37,681 bases of DNA from Pseudomonadota bacterium (GTDB lineage: Bacteria; UBA10199; 2-02-FULL-44-16; JAAZCA01). The stretch covers positions 1 to 37,681 of the forward strand of contig JBDRBN010000006.1 in the NCBI GenBank assembly GCA_043822785.1, in the 5' to 3' direction. How positions within the stretch are numbered: the first letter of the stretch is position 1; every line of letters starts with the position of its first letter. The notes beneath the pieces were generated by a model. It was not told the origin of the DNA, made no database searches, and worked only from the letters and a program-made list of their open reading frames with translations. The position numbers were made by a program, and so were the translations under genes. This document shows positions 1 to 8,114 of this stretch, piece after piece.

Positions 1-124
1 CGTTAGAGGTGTTAACTGGTTGAAATATAAGAATTCATTTTTCTCATGTCTAGGTGTCATTGCGAGGAGCGTTTAGCGACGAAGCAATCTCCTGCAAACA
101 CAGGTTATAAGGGGATTGCTTCGC
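1..124. repeat. Terminal direct repeat, copy A (copy B at 37558-37681)
   Basis: 1-124 is identical to 37558-37681 except T93 vs C37650. Confidence 0.97.
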
Positions 125-140
125 TTTGCTCGCAATGACA
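55..140. repeat. REP-like palindromic element (TGTCATTGCGAG...GAAGCAATC...GATTGCTTCG...CTCGCAATGACA family)
   Basis: Nested inverted repeats; further copies at 6664, 24551, 32436 and 37612. Confidence 0.9.
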
Positions 141-197
141 TCCATGAAAAACATGCAGTTCTAACGCAACAACAGTGGGAATTTGGAGCTTGGAATT

Positions 198-752
198 TTA
201 AACGAGTCTTTTCTCTATATCCTCAACTTCATCAGAGAATTCTATTCCTGCCTCATATACGCGTTCAAATACGCTGGGATAAAAGGCCCTGGCCCATCGC
301 ACAGTTCCATGCAGAGCAAATGACGCAAGATTTGGCGGCATTATGACTAGGTTCTGTCCAACCGTTATGGGAAAGTGAGTCTTCATGCGCATCCCTAGCT
401 CAGAATAATCTACAACCCTGGCTGGATGCCAGTGATTGTCGTGATTTATGCAGAAAGATACGGTAGAATCAGCTGTGCGCCTGGGGAATTTGCGCCTTTC
501 TTCTTTGGGTAATTCTGCAGTAGGCGACGAGCTTTTGGTCGCAGCGATCTGGACATCATAAGCAACTCGCTTTTTGGGATCTGAAAGAACCTCATATGCC
601 TCGTTTATGAGTGCAGCTTCATTAGTATCGCCGCCCAAATCTGGATGTTTGCGCAGGATGAGCATCTGCGCTCGGTAGGCAGCGGCTATGATCTCTAAAG
701 GAGCGTCATTTCCTACCTGTAAAATGTCATAATAGGTGCGATTAGCCTTCAT
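198..752 (-). CDS. DnaJ (J-domain)-PilZ fusion protein
   Basis: N-terminal YYDILQV...HPD...INEAYEVLSDP J-domain; C-terminal RRKFPRR (RxxxR) and DYSELG (D/NxSxxG) PilZ motifs; RBS AAGGAGG. Confidence 0.9.
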   Translation of the reverse strand: MKANRTYYDILQVGNDAPLEIIAAAYRAQMLILRKHPDLGGDTNEAALINEAYEVLSDPKKRVAYDVQIAATKSSSPTAELPKEERRKFPRRTADSTVSFCINHDNHWHPARVVDYSELGMRMKTHFPITVGQNLVIMPPNLASFALHGTVRWARAFYPSVFERVYEAGIEFSDEVEDIEKRLV

Positions 753-761
753 ATCGCCTCC

Positions 762-789
762 TTATCGGTAAATCCAAGGCAAAGTTGCG
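762..789 (-). promoter_or_regulatory. Variant sigma28-like promoter (CGCAACT-N13-ACCGATAA)
   Basis: Same motif and spacing as three other sites; directly upstream of the DnaJ-PilZ gene. Confidence 0.65.
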
Positions 790-830
790 CAGAAAATTAC
801 ACCTTATGCAAGTCGTCTTGAAGGGCCTGG

Positions 831-878
831 CCTGAGCGACCCTGAGCGAACAAAGTGAGTTGAAGGTAAGTCGAAGGG
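831..878. repeat. Nested CCTGAGC...GTCGAAGG repeat
   Basis: cctgagc ga [ccctgagc gaacaaagtga gttgaagg] taa gtcgaagg; related modules at 6743-6762 and 19898-19952. Confidence 0.7.
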
Positions 879-941
879 TTGATTAGTATTGGGCTAGTGA
901 TATATAAAGTGCTATATTCAACGCACGTTGAAAGGGTTATC

Positions 942-1826
942 ATGGCAGACAAGACGCAGTTGGGTAACATAGCGATATTAAATGCAGATAAGGAAGATAC
1001 GGAATTCATATCCCGCATCCTTTCTGGCGCTGGCTATGAAGTCGTATCTGGCGATATAGATGCCACAGGTGTAACTGACATCCAAAACAAAAAGCCAGAC
1101 CTTATAATATTAGGTGTGAGATCTGGCGATCAGTCGAGCAATGAGCTCGTCGATATATTCACTGCAAATGGCGTAAATATACCCATAATGTTGATGTCTA
1201 CCCCAGAGATCATAACAGACAGCCTTTCGCAGAAGGGCATAGCAGGACTGCTCATCAAGCCCGTAGAGGGAAAGCGCCTTTTAATTCATGTGAAGGCAAT
1301 TCTAGATATTCAGAAATCACTTGAGCCAAATGCGCAGTCTTTATCTTTAGCAGAGGAGGAGGAGCCTTTGGTCGAGATAATTCCTATGGATTCTGACGAA
1401 GCCATACCCTTTGGCCTGACAGAGCCGTTAATATACAAGCGCGAAAAGCGGGAAAAACCGCTTGTTCTAGTGGTAGATGACGAGCCAGATATGCAGTCGC
1501 TTCTCACCGATCTTCTAGACTTTAGCGGCTTTGATGTGATCGCTGCTACCGATGGAGTGGAGGGCCTGTCGCTGGCCCAGCAAAAGCTGCCAGACGCCAT
1601 CCTGCTGGACATTATGCTGCCCAGGCTCGATGGCTTTCAGATGTGTAGGCTTCTGAAGTTTAATGAAAGATATCGAAATATTCCCATCATAATGGTTACT
1701 GCGCGAAACCAGCCGAAGGATAAAGAACTTGCAACTGGTTCGGGCGCTGATGGCTACGTGACAAAACCTTTTGATACTAAGGAGCTTGTATCAGAGATTA
1801 GGAATGCAATAGACAAGTATTCATGA
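942..1826 (+). CDS. Response regulator with an N-terminal pseudo-receiver and a C-terminal canonical receiver, no output domain
   Basis: C-terminal LVVDDE, LLDIMLPRLDG, MVTA, TKPF; N-terminal REC-like fold has PDLIILGV (Asp replaced by Gly) and IKP; start moved to ATG 942. Confidence 0.85.
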   Translation: MADKTQLGNIAILNADKEDTEFISRILSGAGYEVVSGDIDATGVTDIQNKKPDLIILGVRSGDQSSNELVDIFTANGVNIPIMLMSTPEIITDSLSQKGIAGLLIKPVEGKRLLIHVKAILDIQKSLEPNAQSLSLAEEEEPLVEIIPMDSDEAIPFGLTEPLIYKREKREKPLVLVVDDEPDMQSLLTDLLDFSGFDVIAATDGVEGLSLAQQKLPDAILLDIMLPRLDGFQMCRLLKFNERYRNIPIIMVTARNQPKDKELATGSGADGYVTKPFDTKELVSEIRNAIDKYS

Positions 1827-2195
1827 AACCACCTTTGCCATCTGATCAAACACGAATTTCATAAAATAACTCTTATCCTTCTCGGGCATGTTCTTGATCA
1901 TAACTCCGGTCTCGTAACTTGTGTTTGATATCTTGTTCTGCCACACCACTTCTGCTTCTGCCTTTACTGGTTTTGATTCGTCTTCGCCCAGGATGATTTC
2001 AAGATCCAATAGCGTGCCATTCTCCAGGGCAGTTGGAGTCATGAGCCTTAAACCCCCCATGCTTATATCGCTGGATATGGCTTCACGCGGATCTGTGGGT
2101 TGGGTGCCGGATTGGCCAGAAACCCTATAACTCACTGTTAGCGCCAGATCGAGCCTGGCAAATTTTCTGCGCTCTTGACCTTTCTGTTGGTTCAT
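1821..2195 (-). CDS. Stand-alone PilZ domain protein
   Basis: ERRKFARL, DISMGG and AEVVW motifs; GGAGG RBS before ATG 2195. Confidence 0.9.
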   Translation of the reverse strand: MNQQKGQERRKFARLDLALTVSYRVSGQSGTQPTDPREAISSDISMGGLRLMTPTALENGTLLDLEIILGEDESKPVKAEAEVVWQNKISNTSYETGVMIKNMPEKDKSYFMKFVFDQMAKVVS

Positions 2196-2276
2196 TTTAC
2201 CTCCGCTTGACTTCATCTAGCAAATTCTACACAAAAAACAACCAATTAGAGGGATGTTGTTTTTGCGGTAATAGCG

Positions 2277-2304
2277 CGCAACTTTTCTTACACAAAGTCG
2301 ATAA
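2277..2304 (+). promoter_or_regulatory. Variant sigma28-like promoter (CGCAACT-N13-GTCGATAA)
   Basis: Repeated motif about 50 nt upstream of the orphan ORF at 2355. Confidence 0.6.
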
Positions 2305-2354
2305 TAGTTAACAAACTTGTAATATCAAATGCTTTATAGAAAGGATGATCACAT

Positions 2355-3152
2355 ATGTTTGCAAGGTTGCCTGTAATGCATAGTGCTTTTTCGCTCTCTC
2401 GTATCGCTAGCGTGGTAGCGGGTAATATTAGCGCTTCGCAGTTTGCTAGCGAGATGCTGGCGGCTAAACCAGTGATGGATGCGTCTACAGTTGATGAGAT
2501 CGCACAGCAGATGCCTGCGGCCGAAGCATTGATGGATAGCTATGGATTCACCCTGCCTTTCTCAAAACCAACATCAAATTCTAATTCAGAATCAGAAGTG
2601 GATGAAGCATATTTCAAAAACGTTTTCCAACCGCACTTTGCTAGCGAACTGAGGGAGGTATTTGATAGGCGTATGTCCAGCAGGGGCTTTTATGTTCGCT
2701 CACATGTCGAGCTGAGGAAATTTGCTAGTGCGCTTCCTGATATAGCCCAAGCTGGTCTTCTGACATTTAATGTGGTCAACGGATATTTTGCTGAGCAGAT
2801 TGAATCATTATTGCAAGATATTCGACAAGCAAATGGTCAGCACAATGCATCTGCGGCTTCTTCAGCAAATGTATCTCGAAAGTCCTTTTATGGAATTACA
2901 GCTCTTTTTGGGACTTCTTTGTGTGCTGCAGCGCTCAAGAATGACAATCCTGTGCTTGCAGCAATGGTCGCAGCCGGTGCGGCGCTCGTGATACATTTTG
3001 TAAGCAAAACTCGTGTTCCTCAGTTGACAGATGTGGAAAAATGGGCAGCGATCACAACACAGATGGCAATTAAAGAGGCTCGGGCAAAGATCATCACAAA
3101 TCGTAAAGATATCAAAGCTTGGTCACAGATGGCGCTTCCACCACTTTCCTAG
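2355..3152 (+). CDS. Hypothetical protein with a C-terminal hydrophobic hairpin
   Basis: 265-aa ORF, AAGGA RBS, two hydrophobic segments (FYGITALFGTSLCAAAL; VLAAMVAAGAALVIHFV). Confidence 0.7.
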   Translation: MFARLPVMHSAFSLSRIASVVAGNISASQFASEMLAAKPVMDASTVDEIAQQMPAAEALMDSYGFTLPFSKPTSNSNSESEVDEAYFKNVFQPHFASELREVFDRRMSSRGFYVRSHVELRKFASALPDIAQAGLLTFNVVNGYFAEQIESLLQDIRQANGQHNASAASSANVSRKSFYGITALFGTSLCAAALKNDNPVLAAMVAAGAALVIHFVSKTRVPQLTDVEKWAAITTQMAIKEARAKIITNRKDIKAWSQMALPPLS

Positions 3153-3163
3153 AGCGTTATATA

Positions 3164-3904
3164 ATGAAGAGCACAAACATCTCGATAATTCTGGTCTCCC
3201 CTCAAGGCGATGCCAATATTGGCGCCACAGCGCGCGCCATGAAGAACTTTGGGTTCACTGACCTAAGGCTTGTGAATGGCGTGCCGCACCTTACAGATGT
3301 CTCCTTTAGCTGGGCGGTCGATGCCAAAGATATTCTACAAAGCGCGCGTGTATACGAAACGCTCGATGAGGCTGTGGCTGATGCCACTTTTACGGCAGCT
3401 TTTACGCGCAGGCTTGGCAGGTGCAGGCGCAAGCATATGACAATCGCTGAAGCATCCCCTGTTATGGTAGATCGATTGAATAATGGAAGCATTGCCCTTG
3501 TTTTTGGGTGCGAGGACAAAGGACTTTCAAACGATGAGATCAGACGATGCGATGCAATAGTTGAGATTCCTGCTTCAAAAGATTTTCAGTCCATAAACCT
3601 TGCACAATCGGTGATCATCGCATGCTATGAGCTACATAAATATTTTGGCGATAAAATCGATTATGACGGCAAACTTGTTCAAGAAACGTTCCTTTCAAGA
3701 CACGAGATAACTCCTATCCTTACCCAAATTGATTCGATGCTTACAAATTTAGGCTATGAGAACACCGAGGATAGAGCGCTTCGCGCAAAGATTCTCGACC
3801 AGTTCGAAAAGATCTTTGGAAGGGCAGGGCTTACAAAACGCGATGTAGCGATGTTTGAAGGGCTAATCTCAAGGATCGAAAAGACGACGCTTCCAAATCC
3901 TTGA
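3164..3904 (+). CDS. trmJ: SPOUT RNA methyltransferase, TrmJ/LasT family
   Basis: NIGATARAMKNFG, LVFGCEDKGLSN, SINLAQSV motifs. Confidence 0.9.
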   Translation: MKSTNISIILVSPQGDANIGATARAMKNFGFTDLRLVNGVPHLTDVSFSWAVDAKDILQSARVYETLDEAVADATFTAAFTRRLGRCRRKHMTIAEASPVMVDRLNNGSIALVFGCEDKGLSNDEIRRCDAIVEIPASKDFQSINLAQSVIIACYELHKYFGDKIDYDGKLVQETFLSRHEITPILTQIDSMLTNLGYENTEDRALRAKILDQFEKIFGRAGLTKRDVAMFEGLISRIEKTTLPNP

Positions 3905-3935
3905 CAATATTTCGAGAATCATCTCTCCTCTTCTC

Positions 3936-6146
3936 ATGCCAGAACCGATTTCAGTAAAGCTTAAGGGCAAGCTCGCAAATCAGCTCAAACAGAGGATAGC
4001 AACTCGCAGAAAAGCCATAACAAAGGGCCTTTCCCGTCACCGTGCGCGTCAGGCGCTCTGGGGGCTTGTCATCGGTTTAGTTGCAGCTGCCATGTTTCTT
4101 ACTCTCCGCGGCGTAGGCGCGTTAGAATCGCTTGAGCTTAAGACCTTTGACTGGCGCATGAAGGCCCTGCGCCTTGCCGTGCAAGGATCTGGCGAAAATG
4201 TGGCGCTTTTATATGTTGATGAGCCATCGCTTGTGACTATGAAGGAGATGGGCATCTCATGGCCTTGGCCGCGCGAGCTCTATGCTGGCGCGCTTGATTT
4301 TGCAAAGCGAGGTGGCGCAAAGGCCGTGGTGTTCGATCTGTTTTTTTCTGAGGATTCTTCGTATGGCCTTGGCGATGATGAATCCTTTGCAAAAGGAATA
4401 AGACAAGGGCCGCCTGCCTATTTTGTCATCTTCGCAAGCAAGCACGAGACTGCGGATTATCCACCCATAATAAATGATGTATTAGAAAGAAGCAGGGTGC
4501 CGTTTGAGGGCGAACCTCCCTCTTTTGTGCAAAGCGCCCGCTCGCTTCAGTCGCTACCAGTGCCTGAGATTGCAGATACAGCCACTGGCTTTGGCAATGC
4601 AGAAACCAAGCCGGATGTGGATGGCATATACAGGCGCGTGCCTTTGGCTATTAAGCATCAGGGAAAGATGATCCCGCAAATAGGTTTTAAAGTGGTAAGC
4701 GACCTTGAAAAACTTGCGAGCATAAAGTGGTCTAAACCAACGCTTATCATGCTGGATGATATGAAGGTGCCGCTCGATGATAAGGGCAACATGATCATCA
4801 ACTACATCGGAGGCGTTGATTCTTATCCTGCATATCCTTTGGCAAAGATATTGCTTTCCAACCAGCAGATAAAGGACGGAAAAAAGCCGGACCTTGATCC
4901 CTCGGTGCTCAAGGATCGCATAGCCATCGTAGGCGTTGCTGCGCCTGGGCTATATGATCTAAAGCCCATGCCGCTGGCGCGCGTATATCCAGGTCCAGAG
5001 ATCCACGCAACAGTAATCGATTCTCTCTTGCGACGCGACTTCATAACCCCAGTTGGAGGCAAGGCTACAACCCTTATCGTGTTCGCGCTCGCTTTGGCCA
5101 CGTCATTGGGCTTGTCCCAGATGTTTCGGTTTTCGCACATCGTGGTGTGGATCATGGGCATCGCTGGCATCTATGTGGTGATAACAGGAGTGCTCTTTTA
5201 CAAAAATATCCTCATGCCTATGGTAGCGCCGCTTGGAGCGATCGCGCTTTCATCATTTACCATGATCCTGAAGAGCTATCTTGCAGAGGGGAGAAAAAAG
5301 AGTGCTATTAAAAAAGCGTTTGGCCAGTATCTATCGCCAGCGGTGGTAAGCGAGATAGCGCAAAATCCTGATGAGGTGCGCATGGGTGGCGAGGAGCAAG
5401 AAGTCACAGTATTCTTTTCTGACATCGCAGATTTTACAACCATATCCGAAAGTACAACTCCTACTGACCTGGTATCACAGCTCTGTAAGTATCTAACTGG
5501 AATCACCGAAATCATAACCGGCCGCGAGGGCACGCTGGACAAATACATAGGCGATGCGGTCATGGCGTTCTGGGGCGCGCCACTTAAAATCGCAGATCAT
5601 GCAGCACAGGCTACGCTCGCAGCGCTCCAGATACAGGATGTGCTTTCAGAGTTTCCTCAGTTCAAAACCCGTATCGGCATACACACGGGCAGGGCTGTTA
5701 TAGGCAACATAGGTTCTGATCTGCGGTTTAATTACACAGCTATCGGCGATACGGTTAACCTGGCAAGCAGGCTGGAGGGTTTGAACAAATGCTTTGGTAC
5801 GCGAATAATACTGAGCGAAACTACCTTTAACGAGGCCAAAGATTTGGTGGAAGCAAGGCTCATAGGCCGAGTGCGCGTAAAGGGGAGGATGGAGCCCATA
5901 TCAATCTATCAGCCGCTTTGCGAAAAAGGAAAGCTTGGGCAAGAGGCAGCAAATAAGAAACAGGGGTTTGATAAAGCTATGCAAAGCTTTATATCCGCCG
6001 ACTTTGCCGCAGCCAAGGCCGCTTTTGGGGGGATCGCGCAAGGAGATGACTCGGTCGTTGCATACTATTTGGCCATGTGTGATAGATATGCAATAAAGCC
6101 GCCGCCACAAGGGTTTGACGGTGTAATAACTTTTACTGAGAAATGA
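3936..6146 (+). CDS. CHASE2-domain membrane class III adenylate cyclase
   Basis: WPWPR, DGIYRRVP and PGPEIHA CHASE2 motifs; TM helices; FSDIADFT, DKYIGDAVMAFWGAP, YTAIGDTVNLASRLEG. Confidence 0.93.
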   Translation: MPEPISVKLKGKLANQLKQRIATRRKAITKGLSRHRARQALWGLVIGLVAAAMFLTLRGVGALESLELKTFDWRMKALRLAVQGSGENVALLYVDEPSLVTMKEMGISWPWPRELYAGALDFAKRGGAKAVVFDLFFSEDSSYGLGDDESFAKGIRQGPPAYFVIFASKHETADYPPIINDVLERSRVPFEGEPPSFVQSARSLQSLPVPEIADTATGFGNAETKPDVDGIYRRVPLAIKHQGKMIPQIGFKVVSDLEKLASIKWSKPTLIMLDDMKVPLDDKGNMIINYIGGVDSYPAYPLAKILLSNQQIKDGKKPDLDPSVLKDRIAIVGVAAPGLYDLKPMPLARVYPGPEIHATVIDSLLRRDFITPVGGKATTLIVFALALATSLGLSQMFRFSHIVVWIMGIAGIYVVITGVLFYKNILMPMVAPLGAIALSSFTMILKSYLAEGRKKSAIKKAFGQYLSPAVVSEIAQNPDEVRMGGEEQEVTVFFSDIADFTTISESTTPTDLVSQLCKYLTGITEIITGREGTLDKYIGDAVMAFWGAPLKIADHAAQATLAALQIQDVLSEFPQFKTRIGIHTGRAVIGNIGSDLRFNYTAIGDTVNLASRLEGLNKCFGTRIILSETTFNEAKDLVEARLIGRVRVKGRMEPISIYQPLCEKGKLGQEAANKKQGFDKAMQSFISADFAAAKAAFGGIAQGDDSVVAYYLAMCDRYAIKPPPQGFDGVITFTEK

Positions 6147-6185
6147 GGGTTGGATATTTCCGACCCTTATAAAGGGAGGCTGAAA

Positions 6186-6659
6186 ATGAAACGTATTATT
6201 ATTTTTGTACTGTGTTTTGCTTTTGTGTTTATCTCAGCGCAGGTGAACGCAGGCTCCCCAAAGTCACTTTTCATCCAGGTGCGCGAGATCGCTGTGAAGT
6301 CGTCGCCAAACTACATGTCATCCACCGCTGGCACGCTTACCTATGGAGCAAAGGTAGAGATCGAGAGTACAGAGGGCAATTGGTACAGGATCACAAGCCC
6401 TGCAGGTTATATTCCCAAAAGCGCTGCAGGAAAATCCAGTGCATCCATTGACTCGAGCAAACGCTACGCTGCAGGAGGCGTAACGCATGACGAGACTGCG
6501 TTGGCTGGCAAAGGCTTTAACCCGCAGGTAGAGGGACAGTATAAGCAGAGCAGCGCTTCGCTTGCAGCAGCTTATGCCCAGGTGGATAAGGTTGAAAAGA
6601 TGACTGTATCATCTGCTGCCCTGGATAATTTCATCACTCAGGGGCAGCTCAATAGATAA
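6186..6659 (+). CDS. Secreted SH3b-like domain protein
   Basis: Signal peptide; LTYGAKVEIESTEGNWYRI...GYIP SH3b pattern; C-terminal ALAGKGFN; GGGAGG RBS. Confidence 0.8.
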   Translation: MKRIIIFVLCFAFVFISAQVNAGSPKSLFIQVREIAVKSSPNYMSSTAGTLTYGAKVEIESTEGNWYRITSPAGYIPKSAAGKSSASIDSSKRYAAGGVTHDETALAGKGFNPQVEGQYKQSSASLAAAYAQVDKVEKMTVSSAALDNFITQGQLNR

Positions 6660-6663
6660 CCAT

Positions 6664-6774
6664 TGTCATCGCGAGCCCCCCAAAGATCGTTGGGGGGGCG
6701 TGGCGATCTCCATGGCTTTCGGAGATTGCTTCGCGGAGCCTGCCCTGAGCAAAGTCGAAGGGCTCGCAATGACA
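6664..6774. repeat. REP-like element carrying an inserted CCTGAGC...GTCGAAGG module
   Basis: TGTCATCGCGAG...CTCGCAATGACA ends; internal ccctgagcaaagtcgaaggg. Confidence 0.85.
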
Positions 6775-6787
6775 TAGGGAGGTAAAA

Positions 6788-7669
6788 ATGAGACGCAACA
6801 TAACTATAATGATTACGCTGTTAGCTGTTTTTGGTCTTAGTGCTCGTGCCCATGCCTTTGACTTAGGAAAGGTGATCGGAAGCGGGCTAGGCGGAATTCA
6901 GCAGATGGCAGAAGCCTCTAAGGACATAACTCCATCAGAAGAGCACTACATAGGCCGAGCTGTGGCAGCTCTTGTCCTTGAGAAATATCCTCTTCTAAAC
7001 AATTCCGCCCTTGATAACTATCTTAATGAGGTTGGTCTAACCGTAGCCTATCATTCAGACAGGCCTGAGACCTATGGCGGTTGGCATTTTGCCGTGCTTA
7101 ACTCTGATGAAATAAACGCGTTTGCCTGCCCGGGCGGATTTATCTTTGTGACCAAGGGACTTCTCAAAGAAGTGCAAAACGAAGATCAGTTGGCAACCGT
7201 GTTGGGCCATGAGGTCACGCATGTAGCAGAGAGGCATGGAATAAAAGCTATTAAGAAATCTCGCTGGACAAACTTTGCCTTTTACGCAGTAGGAGAAGCT
7301 GGAGGACAAGTTGCAAGAAATTACACGTCAGCAGAAATAAGCCAGCTTGTGGATGTGTTTCAAAGCGTAGTTTTAGATGTAGCAAAAAATGTAATGGAAA
7401 AAGGATATAGCAAGGCCGACGAAAAGGAGGCCGACAATCTTGGCATGCGTTATGCGGCAAATGCTGGCTATGATCCATTGGCTATGGCCCAGTTTATAAA
7501 GGTGGAGATGGAAAAGGGCACAGGAAAAACTGGTGCGTTTTCCTCTCATCCCACACACGAGCAAAGGCTAAACGAGGTAGAGGCAACCATACAAAGCCAG
7601 GGTCTTACCGGCAGCGTTGCTTCGGTTCGAACAGACCGTTTTAAGCAATCTGTGGCCTCTCTATTGTAG
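6788..7669 (+). CDS. Secreted M48 family zinc metallopeptidase
   Basis: Signal peptide; NAFACPGG, HEVTH (HExxH), EKEAD, SSHP. Confidence 0.92.
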   Translation: MRRNITIMITLLAVFGLSARAHAFDLGKVIGSGLGGIQQMAEASKDITPSEEHYIGRAVAALVLEKYPLLNNSALDNYLNEVGLTVAYHSDRPETYGGWHFAVLNSDEINAFACPGGFIFVTKGLLKEVQNEDQLATVLGHEVTHVAERHGIKAIKKSRWTNFAFYAVGEAGGQVARNYTSAEISQLVDVFQSVVLDVAKNVMEKGYSKADEKEADNLGMRYAANAGYDPLAMAQFIKVEMEKGTGKTGAFSSHPTHEQRLNEVEATIQSQGLTGSVASVRTDRFKQSVASLL

Positions 7670-7799
7670 GTAGGCTGAAAAAACATTGCCAATCATATTG
7701 TTTTGTCCTAGACACGGCTAAGTTTAGACAGTCGTGTTCGCAGCGCAACGTAATGGTACTAGCGTGGTGAACACGAAGCAGGAGAAAGGAAGGATTTGC

Positions 7800-8006
7800 A
7801 TGGCAAAGGGAAAAGTAAAATGGTTTAACGATGCAAAGGGTTTTGGATTCATCGCGCCAGACGATGGAGGAGAGGACATATTTGTTCACTTCTCTGCTGT
7901 TCAGGGTGAGGGCTTCAAGTCCCTGAAAGAAGGCGACAGCGTAGAGTTCGAGGTTGTAGAGGGCCCCAAGGGCCTGCAAGCAGCAAACGTAGTTAAAACT
8001 GCATAA
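7800..8006 (+). CDS. Cold-shock protein (CspA family)
   Basis: [16 protein letters not shown] and [11 protein letters not shown] motifs. Confidence 0.97.
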   Translation: MAKGKVKWFNDAKGFGFIAPDDGGEDIFVHFSAVQGEGFKSLKEGDSVEFEVVEGPKGLQAANVVKTA

Positions 8007-8040
8007 TAGATGTGTTTGAGATAAGTTTTGAATTCTATGC

Positions 8041-8079
8041 CCGCCCGCCGCGTAAACTATATTTACAAGGCGGGCGGAC
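8041..8079 (+). terminator. Probable terminator hairpin after csp
   Basis: CCGCCCGCC...GGCGGGCGG stem; the U-tail is weak. Confidence 0.5.
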
Positions 8080-8114
8080 TTGTATGTGAATCAAACCTTT
8101 GATATGGTTCGCCC

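Noticed and set aside
116..346. ORF starting MLRFARND, and ORF 32435-32740 starting MSLRGVQRRSNP
   Set aside because: Translations of REP sequence that overlap better-supported genes.
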